The translations under genes were made by a program, and so were the position numbers. DNA of 61,735 nucleotides, the filler included. It is 4 parts of 4 records of this genome, joined end to end, with 100 filler letters (N's around TTAATTAATTAA, not from the genome) between each part and the next. Parts side by side here need not be neighbours in the genome. Positions count along the whole stretch, not along the records: positions 43,458 to 55,983 come from SRR22947725_1931; positions 56,084 to 61,735 come from SRR22947725_1939; 2 more parts are not named here. One strand, written 5' to 3'. Below are positions 52,853 through 61,735 of the stretch, piece by piece. Position 1 is the stretch's first letter. Each line of letters starts with the position of its first letter. Below the pieces are notes generated by a model, which ran no database searches, had not been told where the DNA came from, and saw only the letters and a program-made list of their open reading frames with translations.

Positions 52853-54841
52853 ATGAAAATCTCAAAAACACTTTTCCTACTACTGCTGTTGCTTGGTTGT
52901 AGTACTTCAAACAAACCTGCGTCAACTGCCGTAGATTCGAAACAGCACAGTGTAGCAGAGAAAAAAGTTGCCTTGCATGAAAACATTAACAACTTTAAAA
53001 AGCGTAATAATCGAATCATTGATAGCCTTATTGGTATTAATGACCCACGTCTAAAACGCAATAAATCAGGGGAAATCATTCGTCCTAATGGGGTGTCTGC
53101 TAGTGGCAAACCATTGTACTATTCCACCAATCACGGGGTAGATGTGTATAGCCCTATGAAAGGAAATGAATTGAAAACTGCTGGTTCGCTTGGTCTTCAG
53201 TTGTATGGTGAAGGAGTTACCATTGGAGTTTGGGATGGTGGTGCTATTTTACAAGATCACGAAGAGTTTGGTGCCATTGGTTCTGAGGGAAATAAAATCG
53301 AAGTTTTAGAAACCGAAAGCCAAGTAGTAGATGGTTCTCACCCAACAGCGGTAACGTCAACTATTATTGCAAGTGGGCTCTTCCACGCTACAAATTATAA
53401 TGTTACAGGGATTGCACCACAAATAGACAAACTCCTTTACAGGAATTGGGATGATGCAGAAACTGAAGTGACAGATGCATTGAGTACAAATGATGACTTT
53501 ATTCTTTCAAACCATTCTTACGGATTTCCCATTTTCATTGAAGGAGAAAACGGAGAAGAAGGCGAATACCAAATTACGGTTGATGAAATTGGGGTATATT
53601 ATGAGTTGGATAAAATCTTAGATAATATCGCCAATGTACATCCCTACTATTTAAGGGTAGTAGCGGCGGGCAATGAAGGTGGCCTCGCCTATCCCGATCA
53701 AGAATATGAAGGGTATTATTATTTAACCGATGGATCTTTAGCGAAAAACATATTGACAATTGGATCTGTATCAAGATTATATTCTTCTCCTTTTCAACCA
53801 ATCCCCTCAGGGTTTAGCTCTGCTGGACCTACAAGTGATGGTCGGATAAAGCCAGAACTGGTAGCGGTTGGCGAAGGCATGCCCGCGGCATCATGGGTTA
53901 GTGACGAACCTGATAATAAAGATAACTATTCAACGGCTAACGGAACCTCATTTGCAGCACCTGCAACGACTGGAGGTTTGGCCCTTTTACAAGAATTATA
54001 TAAATCATATCACAACAACTTTATGCTAGCTTCTACGCTCAAAGGTTTGGCTTGCCACACAGCAGACGACATTCTCTTTTGGGAATCTGCTGACGATATT
54101 ATTGGCCCTGATGCAAAAACAGGATTCGGTATGCTGAATCTTGAGAAAGCTGCTGTATTAATCATGGATGATGCCACCTCAAATACAGCTATCTATGAAC
54201 AACAACTCGAAAATCTTGGCTCTAAAGAAATATATCTTTCGTTAGACGAATCCGTTGAAAACTTAACCGTTACATTGAGTTGGAACGACCCTCAACTAAT
54301 CGATTTGACAAGTGAAATTACTTTAATGCATGATTTAGATGTACGTGTAACACAAGGAGAAACAGTACATTATCCTTGGAAATTGGATGCTGCTAAATTG
54401 AATCTTTCGGCGACAAAAGGTGACAACATCGTAGATAATATTGAAAAAATTGAAGTAGACAATCCAAGCGCAGGTCCGTATACGATTACCATAAATCATA
54501 AAGGAACATTAGCTGAAAACCAGTCTTACTCACTACTAGTGTCGGTAGATGGTGAAGCACCAACATTAAGCACTAATGCTTCTTTAGCATTAACAAAACA
54601 ACAGCTTCTGCTACGTCACGATTCTGCAGAGAAGCTATTAACCATAACGCATAGCGACCCTTCCGTAGCACTCAATAGATTTGAAATTTATGAATTATCA
54701 GGGCGTTTGATTGCGAGTAAAACACTTGAACAAGCGACACAAAGCTTCACCCATAGCACCAAAAATTTATCCCATGGTGTCTATATTATTAAAGCCCATG
54801 AAAAAGGGATTGCGATATATGGAAAAATTGCGCTTAATTAA
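52853..54841 (+). CDS. S8 (subtilisin-like) serine peptidase with T9SS type A C-terminal sorting domain
   Basis: GVWDGG (Asp), SHPTAV (His), AAGN (oxyanion hole), GTSFAAP (Ser), DGRIKPEL, DNIEKI; C-terminus IYELSGRLI...LSHGVYIIK...K. Confidence 0.9.
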   Translation: MKISKTLFLLLLLLGCSTSNKPASTAVDSKQHSVAEKKVALHENINNFKKRNNRIIDSLIGINDPRLKRNKSGEIIRPNGVSASGKPLYYSTNHGVDVYSPMKGNELKTAGSLGLQLYGEGVTIGVWDGGAILQDHEEFGAIGSEGNKIEVLETESQVVDGSHPTAVTSTIIASGLFHATNYNVTGIAPQIDKLLYRNWDDAETEVTDALSTNDDFILSNHSYGFPIFIEGENGEEGEYQITVDEIGVYYELDKILDNIANVHPYYLRVVAAGNEGGLAYPDQEYEGYYYLTDGSLAKNILTIGSVSRLYSSPFQPIPSGFSSAGPTSDGRIKPELVAVGEGMPAASWVSDEPDNKDNYSTANGTSFAAPATTGGLALLQELYKSYHNNFMLASTLKGLACHTADDILFWESADDIIGPDAKTGFGMLNLEKAAVLIMDDATSNTAIYEQQLENLGSKEIYLSLDESVENLTVTLSWNDPQLIDLTSEITLMHDLDVRVTQGETVHYPWKLDAAKLNLSATKGDNIVDNIEKIEVDNPSAGPYTITINHKGTLAENQSYSLLVSVDGEAPTLSTNASLALTKQQLLLRHDSAEKLLTITHSDPSVALNRFEIYELSGRLIASKTLEQATQSFTHSTKNLSHGVYIIKAHEKGIAIYGKIALN

Positions 54842-55017
54842 TGTAGATAACATATTTTTAAGACGTTTTATTTCTATTTTTTAGTTATTCAGTTTTGCTT
54901 AATTACATCAAAATAGACGGTTTAAATAACTTTGACAGGCCTTAAAACATAGTATTTAAGCCTGTTAGACTCTTTATTTGAGAAAATATTTTTTATGTAA
55001 AAAAAATTCTTTCAGAA

Positions 55018-55034
55018 TTAACATTTTTTTAACA
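55018..55034 (+). promoter_or_regulatory. TTAACA-N5-TTAACA direct repeat upstream of susC
   Basis: TTAACAtttttTTAACA ending 30 bp before the ATG. Confidence 0.45.
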
Positions 55035-55063
55035 TCTTTGTTTTTGCTAACAATCAAACAATT

Positions 55064-55983
55064 ATGAAAACTAAATTTATTCAAATTTTAACACTGTGTC
55101 TTATTTCAGTGTTTCAGGTTGCCATAGCTCAACAGACAGTTACAGGATCTGTAACGGATCAGGATGGATTACCAATCCCTGGTGCCACTGTTGTTCTTAA
55201 AGGAACCGCCACTGCCACAAGTACTGACTTTGATGGTAACTTCGCAATTCTCGCTGACAATGGAACTACTTTAGTAGCTAGTTATGTGGGGTATACTGCT
55301 GTTGAGGTTTCTGTTAACGCTACCGTAATAAACATAGCGCTTGAAAGCTCTACGGTTCTTGACGAAGTATTTGTTACTGGATATGGAACACAACGCAAAT
55401 TAGAACTAACCGGTTCTGTTGGGAAAATTGATGCTGAAGTACTTGACAAGGCAAGAAATCCAAACGTATTACAATCTGCTGTTGGAAAAGTTGCTGGTGT
55501 ACAAGTATTTAGTAATAGTGGTCAACCAGGATCAGGTCCAACCGTAAGAATTCGGGGGATTGGCTCACTATACGCATCTAGTTCTCCGCTATACGTTGTA
55601 GATGGCGTGCCTTTTAATGGGGCAATTAACTCTATCAATCCGCAAGATATTGGCTCTATCACTTTCCTTAAAGATGCATCAGCTGTATCCATATATGGTA
55701 GTAGAGGATCTAACGGAGTTGTTATCATTACAACAAAATCTAGTAAAGAAGGTGGTATCAAGGCTACGCTCGATTATAGTGCATCAGTTTCAACGCGTGC
55801 AACTAAAGATTACGATCGTATCATGAATCCGGGAAGATACTATGAAGGCTTTTTCATGGTTTCTAGAAACACCCTTATGCATGATTTTGGATACAGCGAT
55901 GCTAATGCAAGACTTGCAGCTGCTCAAAACCTAATTATTGATACGGATGGACTTGGATATTCTTTAGGGTACAATGCATATGG
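55064..55983 (+). CDS. SusC/RagA family TonB-dependent receptor, N-terminal part (truncated by the gap)
   Basis: N-terminal extension, LDEVFVTGYG, plug motifs GQPGSG..VRIRG, PLYVVDGVP, INPQDI..LKDASAVSIYGSRGSNGVVIITTK. Confidence 0.95.
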
Positions 55984-56083
55984 NNNNNNNNNNNNNNNNN
56001 NNNNNNNNNNNNNNNNNNNNNNNNNNNTTAATTAATTAANNNNNNNNNNNNNNNNNNNNNNNNNNNNNNNNNNNNNNNNNNNN
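55984..56083. other. artificial contig linker N44-TTAATTAATTAA-N44
   Basis: Identical 100-bp spacer. Confidence 0.97.
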
Positions 56084-56753
56084 GCAAGAAGAATATTCAT
56101 CTGATTTAAATTTAGAAGATATTTATAAAATTTTAGGAGTATCCATTTCAAAAGATCAATATGAAAATAATGAGGTTGCAGGTGTAGTAACTGGTTTGGC
56201 ATGGACTCAATTTGGTGGTGATATTTTATTTATTGAATCGGCACTTTCCAAAGGAAAAGGTAATTTGTCCATTACAGGTAATTTGGGTAAAGTTATGAAA
56301 GAATCTGCCACAATAGCATTGGAATACATTAAGTCCAACGCTGACGATTTACTAATAAAACTAGAAACACTAACTAAGCATAATATACATATTCATGTCC
56401 CAGAGGGGGCAACTCCAAAAGATGGACCTAGCGCTGGTATTACAATGTTAACTTCATTAGTTTCATTATTAACACAAAAAAGAGTAAAATCCAAACTTGC
56501 CATGACCGGAGAAATTACTCTCAGAGGAAAGGTCTTGCCTGTTGGGGGAATTAAAGAAAAAATATTAGCTGCAAAGAGAGCAAAAATTAAAGAAATTATT
56601 TTGTGCAAGGATAATAAGAAAAATATTGATGAAATCGATTCTAGTTATTTAAAAGGATTAACTTTTCATTATGTTTCAAGTATGAAACAAGTTTTAGATA
56701 TTGCAATTACAAATCAAAATGTTAAGAACCATAAGAATTTAGATGTCAAGTAA
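56084..56753 (+). CDS. lon: Lon protease, C-terminal protease domain (5' truncated)
   Basis: Frame is open from the gap ([15 protein letters not shown]), [38 protein letters not shown]. Confidence 0.97.
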
Positions 56754-57441
56754 AATTATAATAGCAATCGATGGTACTTCATCTACTGGAAAAAGTACTT
56801 TAGCCAAGAGGATATCTAAAAAATTAAATTATAAATATATTGACTCAGGTGCAATGTATAGAGCATTAACTTATTATTCTATTCAACAAAAATATATATC
56901 TAAAAATCATTTTGATAAAATAAAATTAATAAATGATATACCAAATATTTATATTGATTTTAGGAAGAGCTCAATTAATAACAAATTCGAGGTTCATTTG
57001 AACGGAATCCCTTATGAAAATAAAATTAGATCATTAACGGTTTCTAATTTAGTTAGTGAAATCGCAACAGTAGACGAGTTAAGACAGCAAATGGTTCGCG
57101 TTCAACACTCACTTGGTTTTAATAAGGGGGTAATTATGGATGGTCGTGATATTGGCACAGTTGTTTTTCCAGATGCTGAAATTAAATTTTACCTCGAAGC
57201 TACAATGGAATTAAGAGCCAAACGAAGATTCGATGAACTATTTTTAATTGACAAAAATATTACATACAAAGAGGTTTTAGAAAATATAAAACTTAGAGAC
57301 AATCAAGATACTAATAGAAAACATTCTCCATTGAAAAAAGCTAAAGATGCTATACTTATCAATACTGATAATCTCACTTTAGATGAACTTGAATCAAAGT
57401 TGTTTACCTACATAAACCCATTAATTACAAAAAATTTATAG
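56743..57441 (+). CDS. cmk: cytidylate kinase
   Basis: [42 protein letters not shown]. Confidence 0.96.
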   Translation: MSSKIIIAIDGTSSTGKSTLAKRISKKLNYKYIDSGAMYRALTYYSIQQKYISKNHFDKIKLINDIPNIYIDFRKSSINNKFEVHLNGIPYENKIRSLTVSNLVSEIATVDELRQQMVRVQHSLGFNKGVIMDGRDIGTVVFPDAEIKFYLEATMELRAKRRFDELFLIDKNITYKEVLENIKLRDNQDTNRKHSPLKKAKDAILINTDNLTLDELESKLFTYINPLITKNL

Positions 57442-57584
57442 ATAATTTGTTTTATCTATAAATAGAGTCTATTTTCGCAATCCTTTTAATAGGTTTATAT
57501 AGATAACTAAAAGGTTTTATAAATATTAATTCTTCTAATTTATTCCCTCATTCTATAGATAAATTAGAATACAAATTTTACGGT
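57435..57584 (+). promoter_or_regulatory. rpsA promoter and structured 5' leader
   Basis: Hairpin at 57435-57462, TATTTTCG (-7 variant) at 57470-57477, and hairpins at 57482-57514 and 57533-57569. Confidence 0.5.
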
Positions 57585-59519
57585 ATGCCAGAAGAAAAAA
57601 AAGACAGCAAACCAAAAAAAGCTGTTAAAAAAACTGCTAAAGCTGAGAAAGTTAAATCTCCAGCAAAATCCACAAAAAAAGCCAAAATTAAAAAAGAAGT
57701 TGTTGAAACTTTAGCTAATGAGGTTATCGATAATCAAATTGAAGAAAGCCCGGTTAATGAGCCAACTGCTGAAGAATTCTTAAAAGATTTTGATTGGAAT
57801 TTATTTGAAGAAGGAATTGAAACAATTAAAGATGATAAACTTTCTGAATTCGAAAAATTAGTTGAAGAGAATTTTGTTGATACATATAATGAAAGTGTTA
57901 TTGAAGGTACTATAATTAGCTTGACGGAAAGAGAAGCTATAATTGATATTAATGCAAAATCTGAAGGTGTTATTTCATTAAATGAATTTAGATACAATCC
58001 TGACTTGAAAGTTGGTGATAAAGTTGAAGTTTTAGTTGATATCCAAGAAGATAAAACAGGTCAATTAGTTCTTTCGCATAGAAAAGCAAGAACTATAAAA
58101 GCTTGGGATAGAGTAAACGATGCTCACCATCAATCTACTGTAGTTACTGGTTTTGTTAAATGTAGAACTAAAGGGGGTATGATTGTAGATGTTTTTGGTT
58201 TGGAAGCTTTTTTACCTGGATCACAGATTGATGTTAAACCCATTAGAGATTATGATCAATATGTAAATAAGAACATGGAATTCAAAGTTGTCAAAATTAA
58301 TCATGAATTTAAAAATGTTGTTGTATCTCATAAAGCACTAATTGAAGCGGATATAGAGCTTCAAAAGAAAGAAATTATTGGTCAATTAGAAAAAGGTCAA
58401 GTTCTTGAAGGTACAGTTAAAAATATAACTACATATGGTGTATTCATTGATTTAGGTGGAGTAGATGGTTTAATTCACATTACAGATTTATCATGGAATA
58501 GAATCAATCACCCTAGTGAAATATTAGAATTAGATCAAAAATTAAATGTCGTAATATTAGATTTTGATGATGATAAGTCAAGAATTCAATTAGGTGTTAA
58601 ACAGTTAAGTGCTCATCCTTGGGAATCTCTCGATGCTGAACTAAAAGAAGGCGATAAAGTTAAAGGTAAAGTATCGGTTCTTGCTGATTACGGAGCTTTT
58701 GTTGAAGTTGTTGATGGAGTAGAGGGGTTAGTTCATGTCTCAGAAATGTCTTGGTCAACTCATTTACGTTCAGCACAGGATTTTGTAAAAGTTGGTGACC
58801 AAGTTGAGGCAATTGTTTTAACATTGGATAGAGAAGAAAGAAAAATGTCTCTAGGTATTAAACAATTAAGTTCAGATCCTTGGACAGATATTACCAAAAA
58901 ATACCCTGTAGGTTCTAAGCATTCAGGAATAGTTAGAAATTTCACAAATTTTGGAATTTTTGTAGAGCTAGAAGAAGGAATAGATGGATTAGTATATATT
59001 TCAGATTTATCTTGGACAGTAAAAGTTAAACATCCATCTGAATTATTTGCAGCTGGTGATAAAATTGATGTTTTAGTTTTAGAGCTAGATTCTGAAGCAA
59101 GAAAATTAAGTTTAGGTCATAAACAAACTATGGATAACCCATGGGATGTATATGATAAAACTTTTGCTGAAGGGACTTCACACAATGCAACAATTTCAGA
59201 TTCAAATGATAAAGGTGCTACAATTATTTTTAATGATGATATCACAGCTTTTGTCCCTAACAGACACCTAGTTAAAGAAGATGGAAATAAGTTAAAGAAG
59301 GGTGATACATCAGATTTTAAAGTAATTGAATATAATAAAGACTTTAAAAGAGTTGTAATGTCACATACTGTTTTATTTAATGATCAAGAAAAGAAAAATG
59401 TAAAAGAGTCATTAAAGAAAGTTAATGTTAACGATTCAGATAAATCAACTCTTGGTGATTTAGATGTTTTAGCTGACTTGAAAAAGAAAATGGTTGACGA
59501 TGAAAAAAAGAAAAAATAA
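57585..59519 (+). CDS. rpsA: 30S ribosomal protein S1 with Lys/Ala-rich N-terminal extension
   Basis: Repeated S1 domains (AFLPGSQID, YGVFIDLGGVDGLIHITDLSW, YGAFVE..DGVEGLVHVSEMSW, FGIFVELEEGIDGL); follows cmk. Confidence 0.97.
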   Translation: MPEEKKDSKPKKAVKKTAKAEKVKSPAKSTKKAKIKKEVVETLANEVIDNQIEESPVNEPTAEEFLKDFDWNLFEEGIETIKDDKLSEFEKLVEENFVDTYNESVIEGTIISLTEREAIIDINAKSEGVISLNEFRYNPDLKVGDKVEVLVDIQEDKTGQLVLSHRKARTIKAWDRVNDAHHQSTVVTGFVKCRTKGGMIVDVFGLEAFLPGSQIDVKPIRDYDQYVNKNMEFKVVKINHEFKNVVVSHKALIEADIELQKKEIIGQLEKGQVLEGTVKNITTYGVFIDLGGVDGLIHITDLSWNRINHPSEILELDQKLNVVILDFDDDKSRIQLGVKQLSAHPWESLDAELKEGDKVKGKVSVLADYGAFVEVVDGVEGLVHVSEMSWSTHLRSAQDFVKVGDQVEAIVLTLDREERKMSLGIKQLSSDPWTDITKKYPVGSKHSGIVRNFTNFGIFVELEEGIDGLVYISDLSWTVKVKHPSELFAAGDKIDVLVLELDSEARKLSLGHKQTMDNPWDVYDKTFAEGTSHNATISDSNDKGATIIFNDDITAFVPNRHLVKEDGNKLKKGDTSDFKVIEYNKDFKRVVMSHTVLFNDQEKKNVKESLKKVNVNDSDKSTLGDLDVLADLKKKMVDDEKKKK

Positions 59520-59540
59520 TATTTCTTTTAATTATATATT

Positions 59541-59573
59541 AAAAAAAAGCATCTTATTAAGATGCTTTTTTTT
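59541..59573. terminator. bidirectional intrinsic terminator between convergent rpsA and leuB
   Basis: AAAAAAAAGCATCTTA-T-TAAGATGCTTTTTTTT perfect inverted repeat with A and T tails. Confidence 0.85.
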
Positions 59574-60633
59574 ATAGAATTTCTTTAACTAACCAATCTC
59601 CTATTTCACTTGTTTTATAAGATTTGTTACCGTTTGCTAAATCTTCGGAAATAATTGATTGTTTAAGTGATGAGTTTACTACGTTTCTAATTAAATCAGC
59701 TTCCTTTTTAAGATTAAAAGTATCTTCAAACATCATTGCAGCCGATAAAATTGTAGCTAAAGGATTAGCTATGTTTTTTCCGGCTGCTTGAGGATAAGAT
59801 CCGTGAATTGGTTCGTAAAGCGATGTTTTAAGGCCAACAGATGCTGAAGGCATTAAACCCATAGATCCAGAAATTACAGATGCTTCATCAGTTAATATAT
59901 CTCCGAATAAATTTTCAGTAATTAATACGTCATATGAATTAGGCCATTGAACAAGTCTCATAGCTACTGCGTCTACAAATTCATAACTTACCTCAACCGA
60001 GGGATAATCTTTTTCTAAAGATTGAACAGTTTCTCTCCAAAGTCTAGATGATTCAAGTACATTAGCCTTATCCACACAACATAATCTATTCGATCTCTTC
60101 ATTGCTAGTTCAAATCCTTTTACAGCTAATCTTTTTATTTCTTCTCTAGTATAGGTACAAGTATCAAATGCTGTATTCCCATTATCAAGTCTCCCTCTTT
60201 TTCCAAAGTAAATACCGCCTGTTAATTCTCTTAAAAAAACTAAATTTGTTCCCTCAATTCGCTCTTTTTTTAATGGTGATTTATCAATTAAAGATGGAAA
60301 TGTAAATGTTGGTCTAACATTAGCAAATAATCCTAAATCTTTTCTCATTTTTAAAAGCCCTTGCTCAGGTCTTACTTTAGCACTAGGGTCGTTGTCGAAT
60401 CTAGGATGACCAATTGCTCCAAATAATATAGCATCTGCTTTTAAACAAATTTCATGTGTCTCTTTTGGATAAGGTTCACCAACAGCATCTATAGCTGCCG
60501 CTCCTGTAAGTGCGTGCATCCAATTAATGGTGTGATTAAATTTTTTTGCAATTGCATCTGAAACTTTAACTGCTTGTTCTATAACTTCAGGTCCTATGCC
60601 ATCACCAGGTAATAGAGCTATATTTAATTTCAT
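59572..60633 (-). CDS. leuB: 3-isopropylmalate dehydrogenase
   Basis: LPGDGIGPEV, RPEQGLL, RELTGGIYFG, VDKANVL, NLFGDILTDEAS, EPIHGSYP. Confidence 0.97.
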   Translation of the reverse strand: MKLNIALLPGDGIGPEVIEQAVKVSDAIAKKFNHTINWMHALTGAAAIDAVGEPYPKETHEICLKADAILFGAIGHPRFDNDPSAKVRPEQGLLKMRKDLGLFANVRPTFTFPSLIDKSPLKKERIEGTNLVFLRELTGGIYFGKRGRLDNGNTAFDTCTYTREEIKRLAVKGFELAMKRSNRLCCVDKANVLESSRLWRETVQSLEKDYPSVEVSYEFVDAVAMRLVQWPNSYDVLITENLFGDILTDEASVISGSMGLMPSASVGLKTSLYEPIHGSYPQAAGKNIANPLATILSAAMMFEDTFNLKKEADLIRNVVNSSLKQSIISEDLANGNKSYKTSEIGDWLVKEIL

Positions 60634-60639
60634 AATTTA

Positions 60640-61735
60640 CTAATTTGATATAATATTTAACATTTTTTCTGTTGATTTGATAGCTGAAACAGTTTGATCT
60701 GAATCTAAACCTCTAGTAACAAATTCTTTATCATTATTTTTCCATGTAATAATTGTTTCACATAAAGCATCAGAATTACTTCCAGGCGGAATTGTTACTG
60801 AATAATCTATAAGTTCAGGAAGTATAAATTTATTATGAGAATATATTTTTTTTATAGCATTTATAAATGCATCAAATTGTCCATCACCTGATCCTTTTTC
60901 GAAAAACTTCTTACCATTAATTTTTAATTCAATTTCTGCGGAAGGTTTATGCCCTTTTTTATGATTTAATAAGTAAGATTCGATAATTACCTTATTTTTA
61001 AAATTTTCACTATTTATCACATCTGAAATTATATAAGGTAAATCTTCTGCGGTTACCTTTTCTTTTTTATCACCAAGTTCAATTATTCTATTGGTTACTT
61101 TTTTTATATTTTCATCATTTAATGTAAGCCCTAGTTCTTGTAAGTTTTTTTTAATATTAGCCTTTCCTGAAGTTTTTCCTAATGCATATTTCCTTTTTCT
61201 ACCAAATCTTTCAGGAAGCAAATCATTGAAATACAGGTTTTTTTTACTGTCACCGTCGGCATGAATTCCAGCTGTTTGAGTAAATACATTATCTCCTACT
61301 ATCGGTTTGTTTGCTGGTATTCTAAATCCGGTAAATGCTGACACTAATCGGCTAACTTTGAATAAAGACTTTTCTTTTAAATTAATTTTGATATCGGGTA
61401 AAAAATCTCTTATTACTGCAGCTACACTTGCCATTGGTGCGTTACCAGCTCTTTCTCCCATTCCATTCACAGTCAAATGTAGACCTTGGCATCCAGCTTT
61501 CAAACCCTCGAGTACATTAGAAACACTCAAATCATAGTCGTTATGAGCATGAAAATCAAAATGCATTTCAGGGTATCTTTTTACAATTATTGAAATATAT
61601 TCAAAAGTCTCATCTGGGCTAAGTATCCCTAGAGTATCAGGAAGCAAAACTCTTTTGACAGTTAACTTATTGATAATATCTAAATACTCAAAAACAAAAT
61701 CTTTGGAGTTTCTCATTCCATTACTCCAATCTTCT
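60640..61735 (-). CDS. cimA: citramalate synthase / 2-isopropylmalate synthase family protein (5' end outside window)
   Basis: Frame continues to the window end (EDWSNGMRNS), LPDTLG, FHAHNDY, NGMGERAGNA, QTAGIHADGD, C-terminal regulatory domain; lies upstream of leuB. cimA rather than leuA is an inference from recalled Bacteroidetes homologs. Confidence 0.75.
   Translation of the reverse strand, partial: EDWSNGMRNSKDFVFEYLDIINKLTVKRVLLPDTLGILSPDETFEYISIIVKRYPEMHFDFHAHNDYDLSVSNVLEGLKAGCQGLHLTVNGMGERAGNAPMASVAAVIRDFLPDIKINLKEKSLFKVSRLVSAFTGFRIPANKPIVGDNVFTQTAGIHADGDSKKNLYFNDLLPERFGRKRKYALGKTSGKANIKKNLQELGLTLNDENIKKVTNRIIELGDKKEKVTAEDLPYIISDVINSENFKNKVIIESYLLNHKKGHKPSAEIELKINGKKFFEKGSGDGQFDAFINAIKKIYSHNKFILPELIDYSVTIPPGSNSDALCETIITWKNNDKEFVTRGLDSDQTVSAIKSTEKMLNIISN

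Overview
This is not one contiguous locus. It is four unrelated contigs joined by identical 100-bp artificial linkers (N44-TTAATTAATTAA-N44) at 23993-24092, 43358-43457 and 55984-56083. Contig 1 (1-23992) is AT-rich, uses Shine-Dalgarno sites, and is probably a non-Bacteroidetes FCB-group marine bacterium such as Marinimicrobia (inference). It carries valS', a DUF4139-like gene, recG, DUF1844, a DUF2723/TMEM260-like gene, a GT2, a DUF4835-like gene, a CCA enzyme, a TolC-MFP-ATPase-2xMacB exporter, and gatC-kdsB-pyrG-kdsA-kdsC-lptC-lptB-rpoN-argF'. Contig 2 (24093-43357) is a very AT-rich flavobacterium with a sigma54 response regulator', an ABC-2 pair, dnaJ, grpE, TIGR01777, ilvE, a MazG-like gene, M49 and M14 peptidases, an amidohydrolase, a PqqB-like MBL protein, pyrF, prfA and purM. 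Contig 3 (43458-55983) is a visibly higher-GC flavobacterium with fusA'-rpsG-rpsL, menFDBACE, a SusC-N-terminus chimera, a T9SS S8 protease and susC'. Contig 4 (56084-61735) is an AT-rich flavobacterium with lon'-cmk-rpsA and cimA'-leuB. Most content is housekeeping, and I saw no RNA genes, CRISPR arrays or mobile elements. The best leads are an unannotated 32-aa, 10-Cys metallothionein-like ORF among metallohydrolase genes (38975-39073), an apparent SusC::surface-protein in-frame fusion (51706-52785), an unannotated 47-aa membrane protein, and several readable cis-elements (an ECF-type promoter for the efflux operon, a TTAACA-N5-TTAACA box before both susC-type genes, and the grpE promoter motif). 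All family assignments are from motif recognition, with no database search.
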